Positions 37,475-50,728 of a stretch of DNA of 64,000 bases are shown piece after piece (position 1 is the stretch's first letter; the number at the start of each line of letters is the position of its first letter). The translations under genes were made by a program, and so were the position numbers. A model generated the notes under the pieces. The model was given only the letters and a program-made list of their open reading frames with translations. It searched no databases and had not been told where the DNA came from. This DNA comes from Pristiophorus japonicus (lineage: Eukaryota), in the NCBI RefSeq assembly GCF_044704955.1, contig NC_091991.1, positions 1,550,001-1,614,000 on the forward strand, read 5' to 3'.

Positions 37475-39834
37475 TAAACTTAAAAATCGCAAATTTCCCC
37501 ATTTAACTTGCTCCAGTGTAAGTCAGTTTGTTAGGTTTTTTTCTAGTTTAGTTTGTTCTCTCCAAAAGGGGGTGTGACCAGCCACTTACATCTCTTCTGG
37601 CCATAGAAGCAAATTTGGCCAGCTGAAAGTTACTTTAAACTAACATTGGCCAGTGTATGTGGCCACTTTTGTAGGCACAGAAAAACCTTGCCTACATTTA
37701 AGAAATCAGTGCAGGTAGCCAGAGATTGGGGGGCGGCGCGTGGCGGGTGGTGAGTTAGAGGATTCTAAAACACCGTTACAACATTATAACATCTTCAGCA
37801 CAACATCATCAAAATAAATGAAAGATAAATCAGCTACTGAAAATAAAGCAGTCCTACCTTGCCGACTGCAGAATGCACCGGCTAGACCTCCCGCCAGGGC
37901 TAGGGGCGGCAGGCTCGCATGACTGTAGGGGTGAGGGATTTTTACTTTTTACAGTTGTCCCTAAATGTTGCGTGGTCCTAATGGAGGATGATTTAGTTTT
38001 AATGCAAAATATCTTTTATTGGATATTTTACAATGCACTTCAACGACAACAGCAAAGAAAGGCTGCACCCATCCCTCACCCACGTCTCGAGGAAAGTGCA
38101 CTTCCTCATAGGGTCGGTGATGGTGGGGGGGTTGGGGGCCCGGCTTGGGTTTGAACAGTGGCTGGTACGTGGATTGAAGTGTGGGTGGCACTTGAGTATC
38201 CGGCTTTTGTGCCCTTATTGCAGAAGCTAGCTCCCTCATGGCATCTACCATCATTTGGACACCCTCTGAAATGCCCACTTCCTGTCTCAGTGCTGAGATT
38301 TCACCCGACAGTGTCGCTACCTCATCACGCACCCCACTGACGGCCGCCACGAGTGATCTTGTGACACAACCTGATTTACCTCTGCTGAGGGCTGCCTCTC
38401 AGGAGAGACTGGTCAGCTTCTCCTTCCCCTTGCCGTGGGTCTGCCTAGTGGCTCCCCTCCAGTGCGAGGCGCAGGCTGGGACAGTGGGGGACTGGGTGTC
38501 CCAAGATGCATTTCACGACCTCCACTGGGACCCGCGACCTCGGAAGGTGTGAACCCATGGAATGTTGCCGAGGAGCTCATGGAGGTTTCTGGCAGTGTGA
38601 TGCCCTGTACTACGGACTGATCCATATCGCGGTCAGTATTCTCCCTAGCACACATTTCTATGGACCCCTCCTCCCCCCCACCCGCCTTGGTCTGGAGCGC
38701 ACGCATCTGGATCTTCTGGTGGATCTTCAGGATGTTGGGGAGTATCTTCTGCAAAATACAATAGAACAGTCAAATGGTTAACAGCACAGGAGGGGGCAGG
38801 ATGGGTGGTATGAGTAGTCTGACATGTAGCAGGCCAGTCAGCAGGTTGATTTGAAGGGCGACTATGCATTTTAATGACTCGCCCTCACCCTTGCGTATGG
38901 GTCCAGCTTGTGCAGAGCTAATTCTTTTTCTGCCGGTGCGACTCAGCAAGGCAGCAACCCTCTGTTCCAGGAGTGACAGTTGGTGCAGATTTGACGGACC
39001 TCCTCCTGTTCTAGTTCTCTCCCTCTTGTTATGGGCCAATTTCTTCTGCAAAGATGAAAATATTAATTTTTAGACATGGTGCGCTTCAGTTCTGTGGGAC
39101 ACATACAGATGGTCACATTTTCTATTGCAATTCAATTTAAAGATGAAGATATTACTTGCACTCACTGCTTGACCAACGTCCTGCCATTTCTTCTTGCACT
39201 GGCTTCCAGATCTTGCGGTGTTGACCTAAGCGGAGTATTCTTCTGCAACTAGGTTCCATCTTTTTCCCATTTCCTTGGGGGAGACCTTTGACGGACCACT
39301 CTTACTGATATCCAGCTCCAGCCATTTCTCCTCAGTGACAGTCACTAGTTTCTCCACTTCCTCATGGAGGAAATTCTTGGTTCGTCTTGCACGCTCTTGC
39401 GCCATTCGTCTATTGGACTCACACTCAGGTAATGTTCAAAAATCACACTTCTCACCTTTCTTCCACCTATCCAGCACTCCTTTCCACTCCCTCAGCCACA
39501 CAAAAATCAATATTCAAACCCTACCTTTATATATGCTCCATAACCAATTATTCTGAGGACGCTCTCTCTTTAATTGGCCGATTGCCAAGCTTCCTGTTGC
39601 ACTGCGCATGCGCGCACACTCAAATGGTCATGCGTGCCCCTGCTGTACTACACAAGACGCTGGGCCCAAGCCCTGCCCCTCTCCACCCCCCCACCCCCCC
39701 AGGCTCTGCAGCGCCACACCGATGGATCCGGACGACAATGGAGTGGTCAAAGTTTTTGACGCTTTTCTTGCCCCAAGAAATCGGCGTGCCACTCCTAACT
39801 GCACCACTCTAGGCGGCTGGGGAAATTTGGGCCC
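37475..39834 (-). mobile_element. PIF/Harbinger-type non-autonomous transposon with a Myb/SANT gene
   Basis: Terminus GGAAATTTGGGCCC followed by TTA at 39835; spliced Myb/SANT-like ORF; interrupts a CR1; left end appears truncated. Confidence 0.75.
38100..39405 (-). pseudogene. Harbinger Myb/SANT-like DNA-binding protein gene, disabled
   Basis: Exon 39405-39160 MAQERARRTKNFLHEEVEKLV...RWNLVAEEYSA*VNTARSGSQCKKKWQDV with in-frame TAG at 39228-39226; exon from 39045 KKLAHNKRERTRTGGGP; exon from 38748 acidic then coiled-coil. Confidence 0.78.
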
Positions 39835-39835
39835 T

Positions 39836-42800
39836 TACAGAGGAGGATAAAGAAAAAAAGGGACACTTATGTCCTATACCAATGGCTAAATACTATAGAA
39901 TCTTTAGAGGAATATAGAAAGTTAAGAGACAAAATTAAAAAGGATATTGGGAATGCCAAGAGAGAACACGAAAAATTCTTGGCTAGTAAAATAAAGGAAA
40001 ACCCTAAGATGTTCTATAAATATATTAAGAGTAAGCGGGTAACTAAAGAGGGTAGGGCCTATTAGAGACCATGAGGGCAATCTTTGTGTGGAGGCGGAAG
40101 ATGTTGGTAAGGTTAACAAATATTTTGCATCTGTTTTCACAAAGGAAAGGGGCAATGCAGATACTGCTATCGAGGAGGAGTGTGATATTCTGGATGAAAT
40201 AAATATAGTGAAAGAGAGGAAGTATTAAGGGGTTTAGCAGCTTTCAAAGTAGATAAGTCCGCAGGTCCGGATGAAATGCATCCCAGGCTGTTGAGCGAAG
40301 TAAAAGAGGAAATAGCAGAAGCCTTGACCATCATTTTCCAGTCCTCTTTGGATTAGGGCACGGTGCCGGAGGATTGGAGGACTGCTAATGTAGTACCCTT
40401 GTTTAAGAAGGGAGAAAGGGATAGGCCAAGTAATTACAGGCCTGTCAACCTAAACTCAGTGGTGGGAAATTACTGGAAAAAATCCTGAATGACAGGATAC
40501 ATCTACATTTGGAAAGGCAAGGATTAAATAGGGACTGTCAGCACGGATTTGTTAAGGGAAGATCGTGTTTGACTAACCTGATTGAATTTTTTGAGGAGGT
40601 AACCAAGAGGGTTGATGAGAGTAGTGCGTATGATGTAGTGTACATGGACTTTAGCAAAGCTTTTGATAAGGTCCCACATGGTAAGACTGGTCATGAAGGT
40701 TATAGCCCATGGGATCCAGGGCAAAGTGGCAAGTTGGATCCAAAATTGGCTTGGAGGTAGGAAGCAAAGGATAATGGTTGATGGATGTTTTTGTGACTAG
40801 AAGGATGTTTACAGTGGGGTTCTGCAGGGTTCAGTACTGGGTCCCTTGCTTTTTGTGGTATATATCAACGATTTAGATTTGAATATAGGGAGTATGATTA
40901 AGAAGTCTGCAGACGACATTAACATTGGCTGTGTGATTGATACTGAAGAGGAAAGTCATGGACTGCAGGAGGACATCAATCTACTGGTCAGTTGGGCAGA
41001 ACAGTGGCAAATGGAATTTACTTCAGAGAAGTGTGAGGTAATGCACTTTGAGAGGGCTAATAAGGGGTATACACATTAAGCAGTAGGCCAATAAATAGTG
41101 TAGATACATAAGAAATAAGATCAGGAGTAGGCCTCTCGAGCCTGCTCCGCCATTCAATAAGATCATGGCTGATCTGATCATGGACTCAGCTCCACTTCCC
41201 TGCACGCTCGTTCCCCATAACCCCTTATCGTTTAAGATTTCTGTCTTAAATTTATTCAATGTCCCAGCTTCAACAGCTCTCTGAGGCAACGAATTCAACA
41301 GATTTACAAACCATTGAGAGAAGAAATTTCTCATCTCTGTTTTAAATGGGTGGCCCCTTATTCTAAGATCATGCCCTCTAGTTCTAGTCTCCCCATCAGT
41401 GGAAACATCCTCTCTACATCCACCTTGTTGAGCCCCCTCATAATCTGATACGTTTCGATAAGATCACCTCTCATTCTTCTGAATTCCAATGAGTAGAGGC
41501 CCAACCTATTCAACCTTTCCTCATAAGTCAACTCCCTAATCAACCGAAGCAAGTATGTCCTTTCGTAAATATGGAAACCAAAACTGCATGCAGTATTCCA
41601 GGTGTGGCCTCACCAATTCCTTATATTAGTTGTAGCAAGACTTCCCTGATTTTATACTCCATATCCTTTGCAATAAAGGCCAAGATACCATTGGTCTTCC
41701 TGATCACTTGCTGTACCTGCATACTATTCTTTTGCAGTTCATGCACAAGTACCCCCAGGTCCTGCTGTACTGCGGCACTTTGCAATCTTTCTCCATTTAA
41801 ATAATAACTTGCTCTTTGATTTTTTTTGTGCCAAAGTGCATGACCTCACACTTTCTAACATTTATACTCCATCTGCCAAATTTTTGCCCACTCACTTAAC
41901 CTGTCTATGTCCTTTTGAAGATTGTTTGTGTCCTCCTCACACATTGTTCATCTGTGCGTGAGGCAAAAGGACCTGAAATTTGCAGGTCAGGTGGATAAGA
42001 AGGCATACAGAATGCTTGCCTTTATTGGCTGAGGCGTAAAATCTAAAGGCAGGGAGGTTATGCTTAAATTGTATAATACTTTGGTTAGGCCAAAGTGGAG
42101 TACTGTGTGCAGTTCTGGTCACCGTATTATAGGAAGGACGTGATTGCACTAGGGAGGGTGCCGAGGAGATTTACTAGGATGCTGCCTGGAATGGAGAATC
42201 TTAGTTATGTGAACAGATTGGATAGGCTGGGTTTGTTCTCATAGGAACAGAGGTTGAGAAGAGACCTCATTGAGAGGTACAAAATACTGAGGGGCCTGGA
42301 CATAGTGGGCCTATTTTCATTGGTGAAGGGGTCTATTACAAGGGGGCATAGTTTTAAGGTGGTTAGTGGAAGGTTTAGAGGAGGGGGGGGGCTTCTTTAC
42401 GCAGAAGGTTGTGGGGATCTGGAACTCACTGCCTGGAAGAGTGGTGGATGTAAAAACCCTCATAACTTTTAAGAGATGGTTGGATGGACACTTAGTGCCG
42501 TAACCTGCAGGGCTACAGATCTAGAGCTGGTAATTGGGATTAGACTTGGGACTAGATAACCTCTTGTTCGCCAGTGCAGATATAACGGACTAGTTTCGAT
42601 CGCCTGGATATGTCGGAGAGGGATTTTCCCAGATTTGTTTCTCCCTAAATTGGCCTGGGTTTTTGCCTCTCCCAGGAGATCACATGGCTCTGGTTGGGTT
42701 GTCGTGTCGAATGAGGCGAACTAGTTGCTCTTTGCCTTTCTGCCATTGTTCGTAGATTTATATGTAACTTTCAGGACTGATGACAAGAGGCCGGTGCGGA

Positions 42801-42850
42801 CACGATGGGCCGAAATGGCATCCTTCTGCGCTGTAAATTTCTATGTAGCT
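39836..42850 (+). mobile_element. CR1 LINE ORF2/RT and 3' UTR, interrupted by an antisense CR1
   Basis: QHGFVKGRSCLTNLIEFFEEV, YMDFSKAFDKVPH; resumes at ~41955 after the nested copy. Confidence 0.88.
41105..41950 (-). mobile_element. Young CR1 3' fragment nested in an older CR1
   Basis: Same subfamily as 14845-16960 (GGLYSLEFRRMRGDLIETY-type segment and matching 3' UTR). Confidence 0.88.
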
Positions 42851-43473
42851 CTCATGTAGTGCCCTTGGAAAAAGTCCATCACCCACCATGTAAGGGGACC
42901 AAAACTGGGCACAGTACTCTACAGGTCACTGGTCAGACTACATCTAATGTCAAAATGGTGTCCTTTTAATAAATCATACAACCACTATAATTTCTCTACA
43001 TTGGTCATCAACCTTTAGTGACCTGTGGACAATAACACCAAGTATTGGTTATTTGATCCTTTCAAAACTGCAATTGAGCGAACTTTAAGTTCAAGATAAT
43101 TAATTATTCAGCATTCTTAATGTGTTACATTGTAGAGGCAATGGGCATTAACATGCAACTTCACTTTAGTAGGGCAAGTTCCTAATCCTGCTCACAATGT
43201 TAATGAGGGAATAGCAGAGTTGCTGTTACTAAAATCTCCAACCAGGGCAAAGCATCAGCTGGCTGGTGTTTTACCTGACAGTTCATTACACAGGGAACCT
43301 AATGGTAGTAAACAACAGGGATAAAACCATATTAATGAAGCCTGTAATCATAAATTATAGTGTAGTTACATGACTTTATGGGTCAAAATGAGCTTTATTC
43401 TGAACTTGTCTATCTGCTTTAATATTCTAATGTCTGTTAATTTGAGTTTTGATTCCAATGTGTTTTATTTTAG

Positions 43474-43569
43474 AGTATACCAGAAATTCCACCTAAACCA
43501 GGCGAGCTTAAAACAGAACTGCTGGGCCTGACAGACCCACTGCAAACTCATAATTCTAAACAACACTGA
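43474..43569 (+). CDS. UQCC6: UQCC6 second (last) coding exon
   Basis: Acceptor TTTTATTTTAG; SIPEIPPKPGELKTELLGLTDPLQTHNSKQH-TGA; phase 0 with the previous exon, total 67 aa; AATAAA at 43783-43788. Confidence 0.95.
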   Translation, partial: SIPEIPPKPGELKTELLGLTDPLQTHNSKQH

Positions 43570-45515
43570 CGGAATGTGGACAGAAGATTCAAATGCTCCA
43601 TAAAGCCCATTGGACAGCTACTTGTTTAATATAATTAAAATTGTAACATTATTTTGGCACTTATTTAAAAATATAAATTGCAACTTTTTTTTCTGTATTT
43701 GCTTCCAACATTCTTTGCTTTACTAAGCAGCTCTAAAGCTGGCACATCAAAGCCATTTCTATATAAAGGTAAAAACAGGATAAATAAACTGGAATTCTTG
43801 CACACCTAGTGGCTAAATTTAGAATAGCAGAACCATAGCATCCATCTTGACTTGTATTAAGAAAAAAAATGAAGAAATGAGTACTTTTGGAAGTCAAAAT
43901 TTTTTTTTAACCTTCATATGAAGGTGTTTGTACTGGACATCCAGAAATTGAAGCCTAGTGGTGCAGCTATTGAGACAAGAGAAATAGTAGTGGTATACAC
44001 ACATGTCCAAGATGATCTTTGAAACTAAAAGTAACCCATGAGTGCAGGCACCATGTAATTCGAGTGACACTTTATGTAGGCACCATCATTGCTGCTTGGA
44101 ATGAGAAACATGGTTTTGGGAAAGATTGTAGCTTTGCAAGAAGAAAATGGTCACTAAATTGCATTAGGCTCGAATGGGTATTTCTGCTCGAGAACTCTTG
44201 CCAATTTCATTAGGGTAACCTAAATATGGCGAGCTAACCAGTATTTAGAATAGACCTAGGGAAGAGGAGCTCCACAACACATCTCTACGTCAGGTAATTT
44301 ATTTTTGTATAGTAATTACTGCAAATAAATTGAACTGAACTCAAGCATGTTTTCATTTGTTGTTCAAAGTCACTAATTACAACACACCAGATTACCTAAT
44401 GGGCATCACTTGTCATGAATCAGTTTGGCTTTTGGCAACATCTGACTCAGCAAGGTAGGCAGACTAGTAGTTGGCCAACCTCTACCCTGGAACACCTAGA
44501 CCTAACTGGTGGCCAAGCTAATTTTGCTGGTTTACAAGTTTCATTAGCATCTAGTTAAAGCTATACCAGCTTGGAGCATAGTGCAAATAAAGCTTACCTC
44601 ATGCAACCAATGACTCGTCAAGTGGGCTGGACACTATTTTACCATGTACCCCCATTTATGGCTCCAAGGGTTGTCTTACAAGTGCCAGAATCTAAGTGGA
44701 GCCTTGAATGGAGCTAAGGGAATATATGTTTACAAGTCAAAAGCAAGAATTAAAATTGCAATCATGAATTCATCTACAGAATTGGTCAAATTCTGAAACC
44801 CTGGACTAGCAACTGTTGCAGAAATCCAGGTGAAAACCAAACAGCTACTTCTGTAGAGCTAGAGGAAAGGTAGCAGCACACATTTTACTCTAGTATGTGA
44901 AGTAAGAGGCAGCTGAGGATAGGAAAGACTCGAGTTTGTGAGACCTTTCAACCCACAAGGTACCACTGAAAACATCCAGAGCTAGTTAATTATGCTAGAT
45001 GGCTTGTGCTGTCAAGGCAGCAAACATTTAGCCTAATTTGTAACCAGAGGATTTAAGGTAATTCACAAAAGGAACTTAAACCCAGCAAGTTGTCATGAAA
45101 GCAGATTCAATAGTAACATTCAAAAAAAGAATTGGATAAAGGGTATAAAAGCCAGCAAAGGCATGATGGATCGAATGGCTTCCATGATAATTAAAGCAAC
45201 GGGTTAGGAACATTCAGCACTGAACCTTGAAGTTAGGATTTTAAAATTGAGCATCAAGACAGACTAGAAATTAGAACAAAATCCCCAAAAATTAATGTAG
45301 AGAAGATTACAGGTTGATGGCGTCAATTGGCTTCTACAAAAAAGAGACAGAGTTGCAAGGCTACTATCCTATTCTTTGGAGAATTTAATTCAACATATTA
45401 AGGCAAAGTTGATCTTTGGAAGAGTTAATTTTTGTACTTCTCCAGCAATTCAGTTTCAACCTATTGCAGCTATCACAATGTAAATGCCAAAAACATGAAC
45501 CAGTTTGTGGAAAAG

Positions 45516-45521
45516 TTTATT
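45516..45521 (-). terminator. HSP90B1 polyadenylation signal
   Basis: AATAAA on the minus strand ~230 nt after the stop, followed by T/GT-rich sequence. Confidence 0.65.
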
Positions 45522-45749
45522 ATGGTTTACATGACCAGTTTCACAAGAAATTGTCATTTTAAATATTACAAATTTACAGTCATTTCACTTCCACAAGGAA
45601 TGTAAATATAACATACAAAACTCCTTTGCCCACCAAGACCTGTTAATAGGGATAAATCTGAATTGTTTTCTTTTCACATCCTGTTCAATGGCTTCATGTC
45701 CCAGTACTTCACTATCCCCATTCTATGTAGATTGTAGTCTATTCATTCC

Positions 45750-45779
45750 TTATAATTCATCCTTTACATCTGTGGATTC
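45750..45779 (-). CDS. HSP90B1: Endoplasmin/GRP94 exon 18 (last)
   Basis: ESTDVKDEL-TAA; KDEL ER-retention signal. Confidence 0.95.
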   Translation of the reverse strand, partial: ESTDVKDEL

Positions 45780-45887
45780 CTGGAATAAGTAGGGGCAAAA
45801 AAAACTTATGCAGCTCCATCCCAGTAATGTACTGAAAGTTAGTGAATTTGTTGCATTGGAGTTATAATGTACACATGCAAGACTCAC

Positions 45888-46004
45888 CTCAGTGTGTTTT
45901 TCTTCGGTTTCATCATCATCTTCTGCATCATTGTCATCAGCATCTGCTTTCACCTCATCTTGTTCTTCAACCTCTTCATCTACAACTTCTTCATATTCTT
46001 CAAC
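45888..46004 (-). CDS. HSP90B1: HSP90B1 exon 17
   Basis: Acidic tail VEEYEEVVDEEVEEQDEVKADADDNDAEDDDETEEKHTE; donor GTGAGT. Confidence 0.92.
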
Positions 46005-46226
46005 CTAAACACAGTACAGCAATTCAGTTTCATTCAAAGTATTAGAATTCAAGATTCCCACAATTTGACTTGCACAATCCTTAATCAACAGGTCTTCTTT
46101 AAAAGGCAATCCAACTCAATTTCTAGAGGAAATTGTAGGTAATCTTGTAACATACTTCCTCTCCACACACCCAGAATATACAGTTTAACATTGTAGAAAA
46201 ATGTATACACAAATTCAATAACGTAC

Positions 46227-46382
46227 CTGTGCATTGAGGTCGATGTTCATGCTTAGACGAAGCATTCTTTCAATTCTATCACCAAATGCTTTAGTGTCTG
46301 GTAATTGGTAACCTGAACGCAGCGTGGCAGTCTCGAGCAACACTACAGCAAGGTCTATAGCAGTCTGATCATCTGCATTTTC
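46227..46382 (-). CDS. HSP90B1: HSP90B1 exon 16
   Basis: [52 protein letters not shown]. Confidence 0.96.
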
Positions 46383-46788
46383 CTAAAGAAACAAATGGAA
46401 AGAGACAAGTGTTAGCCTGCAGCTCAGTTCAGCTCTTGATTTTGAAAAACACTGCCAAGAAAGGAGGCATCAGATGTCCTTCCTTGAAGGGTAGCTTTCA
46501 TGGTTCTCTTCTCCCACCTCACACTCTCCATGGTGTTAGCCCAAAAATGGCCAGATTTACTGAAATCAAATTGACAATGTGCCATGTTGGGATTTGCACT
46601 CTGCTTCTGCTACACAACTGTACCCTAGTAAAGCTGTTTGAACATTTGCATTTTATATCTGTTATTCTTGCTGATAGGCAATTTTGTGTTGTGGCGATTG
46701 AAGTGAACCAAACCTGGTGTCCCACTCATACTTGTGGTAACTGGAAAATCTCCAATATACTGGTAACATGAGTGCCAAATAAACCTAC

Positions 46789-46867
46789 CGTAACTCGCTT
46801 CAGCATCTCCTTGATCAAAGGATGTCTTGGATTAACTTCAAACGTCTTCTTTTGACCAGAATAGTAA
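46789..46867 (-). CDS. HSP90B1: HSP90B1 exon 15
   Basis: [26 protein letters not shown]. Confidence 0.96.
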
Positions 46868-47191
46868 CTGTGGAAGAGTTTATAAACTGATTAATTAGTA
46901 AGAGAACATATTGATCAAATCAGAGCCATTTCTTTTCCTCCAGCACCAACACTAAAGCTCTTGTACCAGCATCCAAATTAAGGTGAAAGGTGGAACTTTT
47001 AGAGTAGCACCATAGATTTTGCAATGCAACACACAATCAATGATTAAGAATTTCACAAGCTAGCACTCAATCTTTGGTCAGCAAGTTACAACATAACTTT
47101 TGATTGTTAAGCAACAAGAATAGAATATGGAGGACACAAGGTGCCCAAAGCCAAGCTTAACTGCATCAAGTAATAATAAAAGCCCAACTTA

Positions 47192-47350
<159 letters not shown>

Positions 47351-47790
47351 TTAAGGTTTCATCCTCCCCTCACATTCTAATCTTTCTAAATATTGAAACT
47401 GATTAAAATATCAAAATTTGTGTAACTCATCTTTTGTTTCACTTTGTTCTGGGCAATAGCCATCTTTTGTAGTTTTGGGAAAGGTTTCTCTTCCTACTGT
47501 TTCTACACACCATCGAGCATGAAGTTACTCCTAGGTGGTACCCACTTACTACAATTAGCACTTGCACATGGCAGGGTTTACTGTGGTAACAATAGCAAGT
47601 TGGCTGTCACAACATTAGGAAATCACTCTTCTGACCTTTCTCCAGTTGTACAGCAGATATATTCAGGCTATTGCAACAAAAATGAACTTCAATACAATAC
47701 TGTACTACATCAGCTATGGAATAATTGGATTCGCCACCCTGTAAAATGTTGAAAATTTGCTACCAAGTTGTGTATTATTCCATCATATAC

Positions 47791-48036
47791 CTTATCTTTC
47801 AGTGCTTTGTCGTTTAGCCAGGTCAAGAGTGGTTCATATTCCTTCTCCAGTGCTTCATGGTTTTCTTTAGCCTTTTCACTTTCATCAAATTTCAGCCCTT
47901 CTTTGGCAACATTCTGGAACCTCTTTCCATCAAACTCCGGCAAAGCTTGGATACAGTATTCATCTACAGGTTCTGTCAGATACAGTACCTCGTAACCCTT
48001 CTTCAAAAGTCGTTCAACAAAGGGAGAAGATTCAAC
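47791..48036 (-). CDS. HSP90B1: HSP90B1 exon 13
   Basis: [47 protein letters not shown]...ALKDK. Confidence 0.97.
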
Positions 48037-48266
48037 CTGGAAAAAGAAAATCCAGTAACTTACTTCATATTGCAAAGCAAAATCTCCATCAGCTTTTATA
48101 CTTCAAACTCAATATATTTATAACACAGCAATGGAGCTCGGTAGTAGTGTTATGTACTTTGCAAAGGAAGAATAAATTACTCTGGAGTGCACCCTATTGA
48201 ATTACAAACTTGGCCTCCTACAGTGCAACACTTAATTATCCCCATCAATGGTATCTGCCATCACAC

Positions 48267-48536
48267 CTCTTGTCTGCTCGCTCCTGCCATGAAGTAGATC
48301 TTATCTTGTTTCTCCTTCATTCTTTCCAAGTACTGCTCCAAACTAGTTGATTTGGAATCATGGTGCGAGGTCTGGAATCGCAGCAACTTAGCCAATCGTG
48401 TTCTATTGGAATGATCCTCAATTACACCCAGCTTGATGTTGGTCCCAAATTCCTTCCAGAAATCGTCTTCATATTTCTCCTCTGCAATCTTCTTGATCAT
48501 GTCCAGAGTTTTGCGTACTAGCTTCTTTCTAATGAC
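48267..48536 (-). CDS. HSP90B1: HSP90B1 exon 12
   Basis: [18 protein letters not shown]...[29 protein letters not shown]...ASRQE. Confidence 0.97.
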
Positions 48537-48868
48537 CTATGAGATAAGTAGGCAAATCAGGAATCCAGTGTAGCAAATGATAGATTAAGCTACTTAAACC
48601 AATACAACCAGCATACAGTATTTTCAATGTCTTGCAGTCATGCAAGTTAGGTTTTCTCCAGCTAGGCAGTAGAGGTGTGACATTGTAACAACCTGTGCAA
48701 GAATAAATCAAACTAAATTCAGTACAGTACTGAATCACACAAGCTACCTCCTTCAAGTCAAGTAAATTGAGTAAGCATCAATTAAAGGCATTAAAAAGAC
48801 TGTACCTCAAGAGTTTTACATCTCACTCAAATGTAATATGTTGCATTATGATAGTCAGCAATACTTCA

Positions 48869-48982
<114 letters not shown>

Positions 48983-49267
48983 TTAAGTGTAAGTTTAATA
49001 TCAAACCGCCACACAAAAAGCAAAAGGTGCAGGTTATTTCCTAGCTCAAAAAGGAAAGCAGTTAAAAAGTACAATCATACAAATTAGACTAGTTTAAAAA
49101 AAAATGTCTACTTGACCAAGACACAAAAACTCTTTAGTCGTCAACAATTTCAACATGCTTTTCAGAAGCTTTCAGTGTAGGGTTTGCACTGCCAGAGCTG
49201 CATGTTATCAGGCAAACAATGTGGATCAAACTATTTTACAACTGACTAATGCATCATCTTGGTATAT

Positions 49268-49800
49268 CATCATCATAGGCAGTCCCTCGAAGTGAGGATA
49301 ACTTGCTTCCACGCCCAAAAGGGATGAGTTCACAGACGTTTGAATGAAGGACCTAATATTTCAGGTCACGAACTACATCCTGAAGGGTGGAAGCTGCCAG
49401 TGTGTGGACTTTAAAAAAAAAACTTGTGGTATCCATTGCACCTCAGCTTGACGGAGCTAGGTCTTGGTCCAATGGCAAGGATTACCCAAGACTAACTCGA
49501 GACCAGCTCTGCCGCACAGACCGAGCGCGCACACATATCGCAGTGTGGGCTGGCCCGTGCTGCCCCTGGGCCCCACTTCTCTCTACGGACTCTTGCCGCT
49601 CCTTCGCCCCTCCTGCTGTGCCTGCCTGCATGGCAATCAGCAACCTGGCTTCGTAGCCATCATCTTCCTGCAGCAGCACACGCTCCCTCCAATGGCTCCC
49701 TGGCCTGCTGATGGTCTTGCAGGCAGGGACTGTGCTGATTTCCGGGCCGCCGCGGTCCTGGCCTGCAAGACCATCAGCAGGCCGGGGCCATTGGAGGGAG
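49268..49800 (-). mobile_element. RTE-related short element with 5' fold-back
   Basis: (ATG)n tail at the left end; TSD CTTGGTATAT at 49258-49267 and 49801-49810. Confidence 0.8.
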
Positions 49801-50017
49801 CTTGGTATATGGGGGGGAAAACAGTGACAGCAATAACATTCTCAGTAACTTAACAGCTGTTTATGATTTATTTGGGTTCAGCTGGCAATGGTTCAGATTG
49901 CTTTGCCTAGAAAAGACAGGGCTTGCAATATAAATGTTGCAAGTTTGAGAAAGCTACAGTTCTGGCCAGTGACCTTATGCACATGCATTAGAGAGTCACA
50001 TTTATGTGAATACTTAC

Positions 50018-50095
50018 TACACCCTTGACGAAATTCAAATATTTTGGCATCATATCATGGAAGTCATCTGTGATGAACACTCTACGCACAAACAA
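50018..50095 (-). CDS. HSP90B1: HSP90B1 exon 10
   Basis: [26 protein letters not shown]. Confidence 0.97.
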
Positions 50096-50590
50096 CTGCA
50101 ACAAGAGGAAATTAGATTAAATGTTACCCAAAGCACACTACTGCTGTTAATACATATACAACCAGAGATGTGCTTAAAGCTGGTAATCATCAAGGAGCCA
50201 TCTTTGCATTCTTGGAAGTAATGATTCATTGCTACACTATCAAAATTTGAATCAATCCAGAAGCACAAAAGCTGAATAGAAACCCAGAAACGAGAGGAGT
50301 AAGTGCAATTTTCCTTTGCTTTAGTCAATCAGGACAGGATGCTAATATCAATACACTAATCTAATCGAATTAGATTAATTTTTATAGGGGGCATGCAGGA
50401 AACCCCTTAGACACAGAGGTTCCTATCCCGCTGATGGAACGGATGCAAACTTGTGCAACATATTTTTCAATTTAGTGACTCTGGTAACTGAACAGTTGAG
50501 GAGCATGTAGCACCTGAACCAAGTATTTCTTTATAAGATAGCAATGCGTGTTGCAGCAATGCAAGTGTGTTTAAAAAAAAAATCAGGTAC

Positions 50591-50728
50591 CTTAATGTAG
50601 TCAGATTTTTTTGAACCATATTCATCAAATAAACCACGGGGTGCAGATTTAGGCACAAACAAGATGGACTTGAATGTGACTTCTCCTTCAGCAGTGAAGT
50701 GGATATGAGCTATTGGGTCATCAGAATC
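50591..50728 (-). CDS. HSP90B1: HSP90B1 exon 9
   Basis: [46 protein letters not shown]. Confidence 0.97.

Noticed and set aside
45750-45953. Read-through ORF joining HSP90B1 exons 17 and 18 across the 108-nt intron
   Set aside because: The intron is in frame and stop-free, but it has a strong GTGAGT donor and a canonical acceptor; there is no evidence of retention from sequence alone
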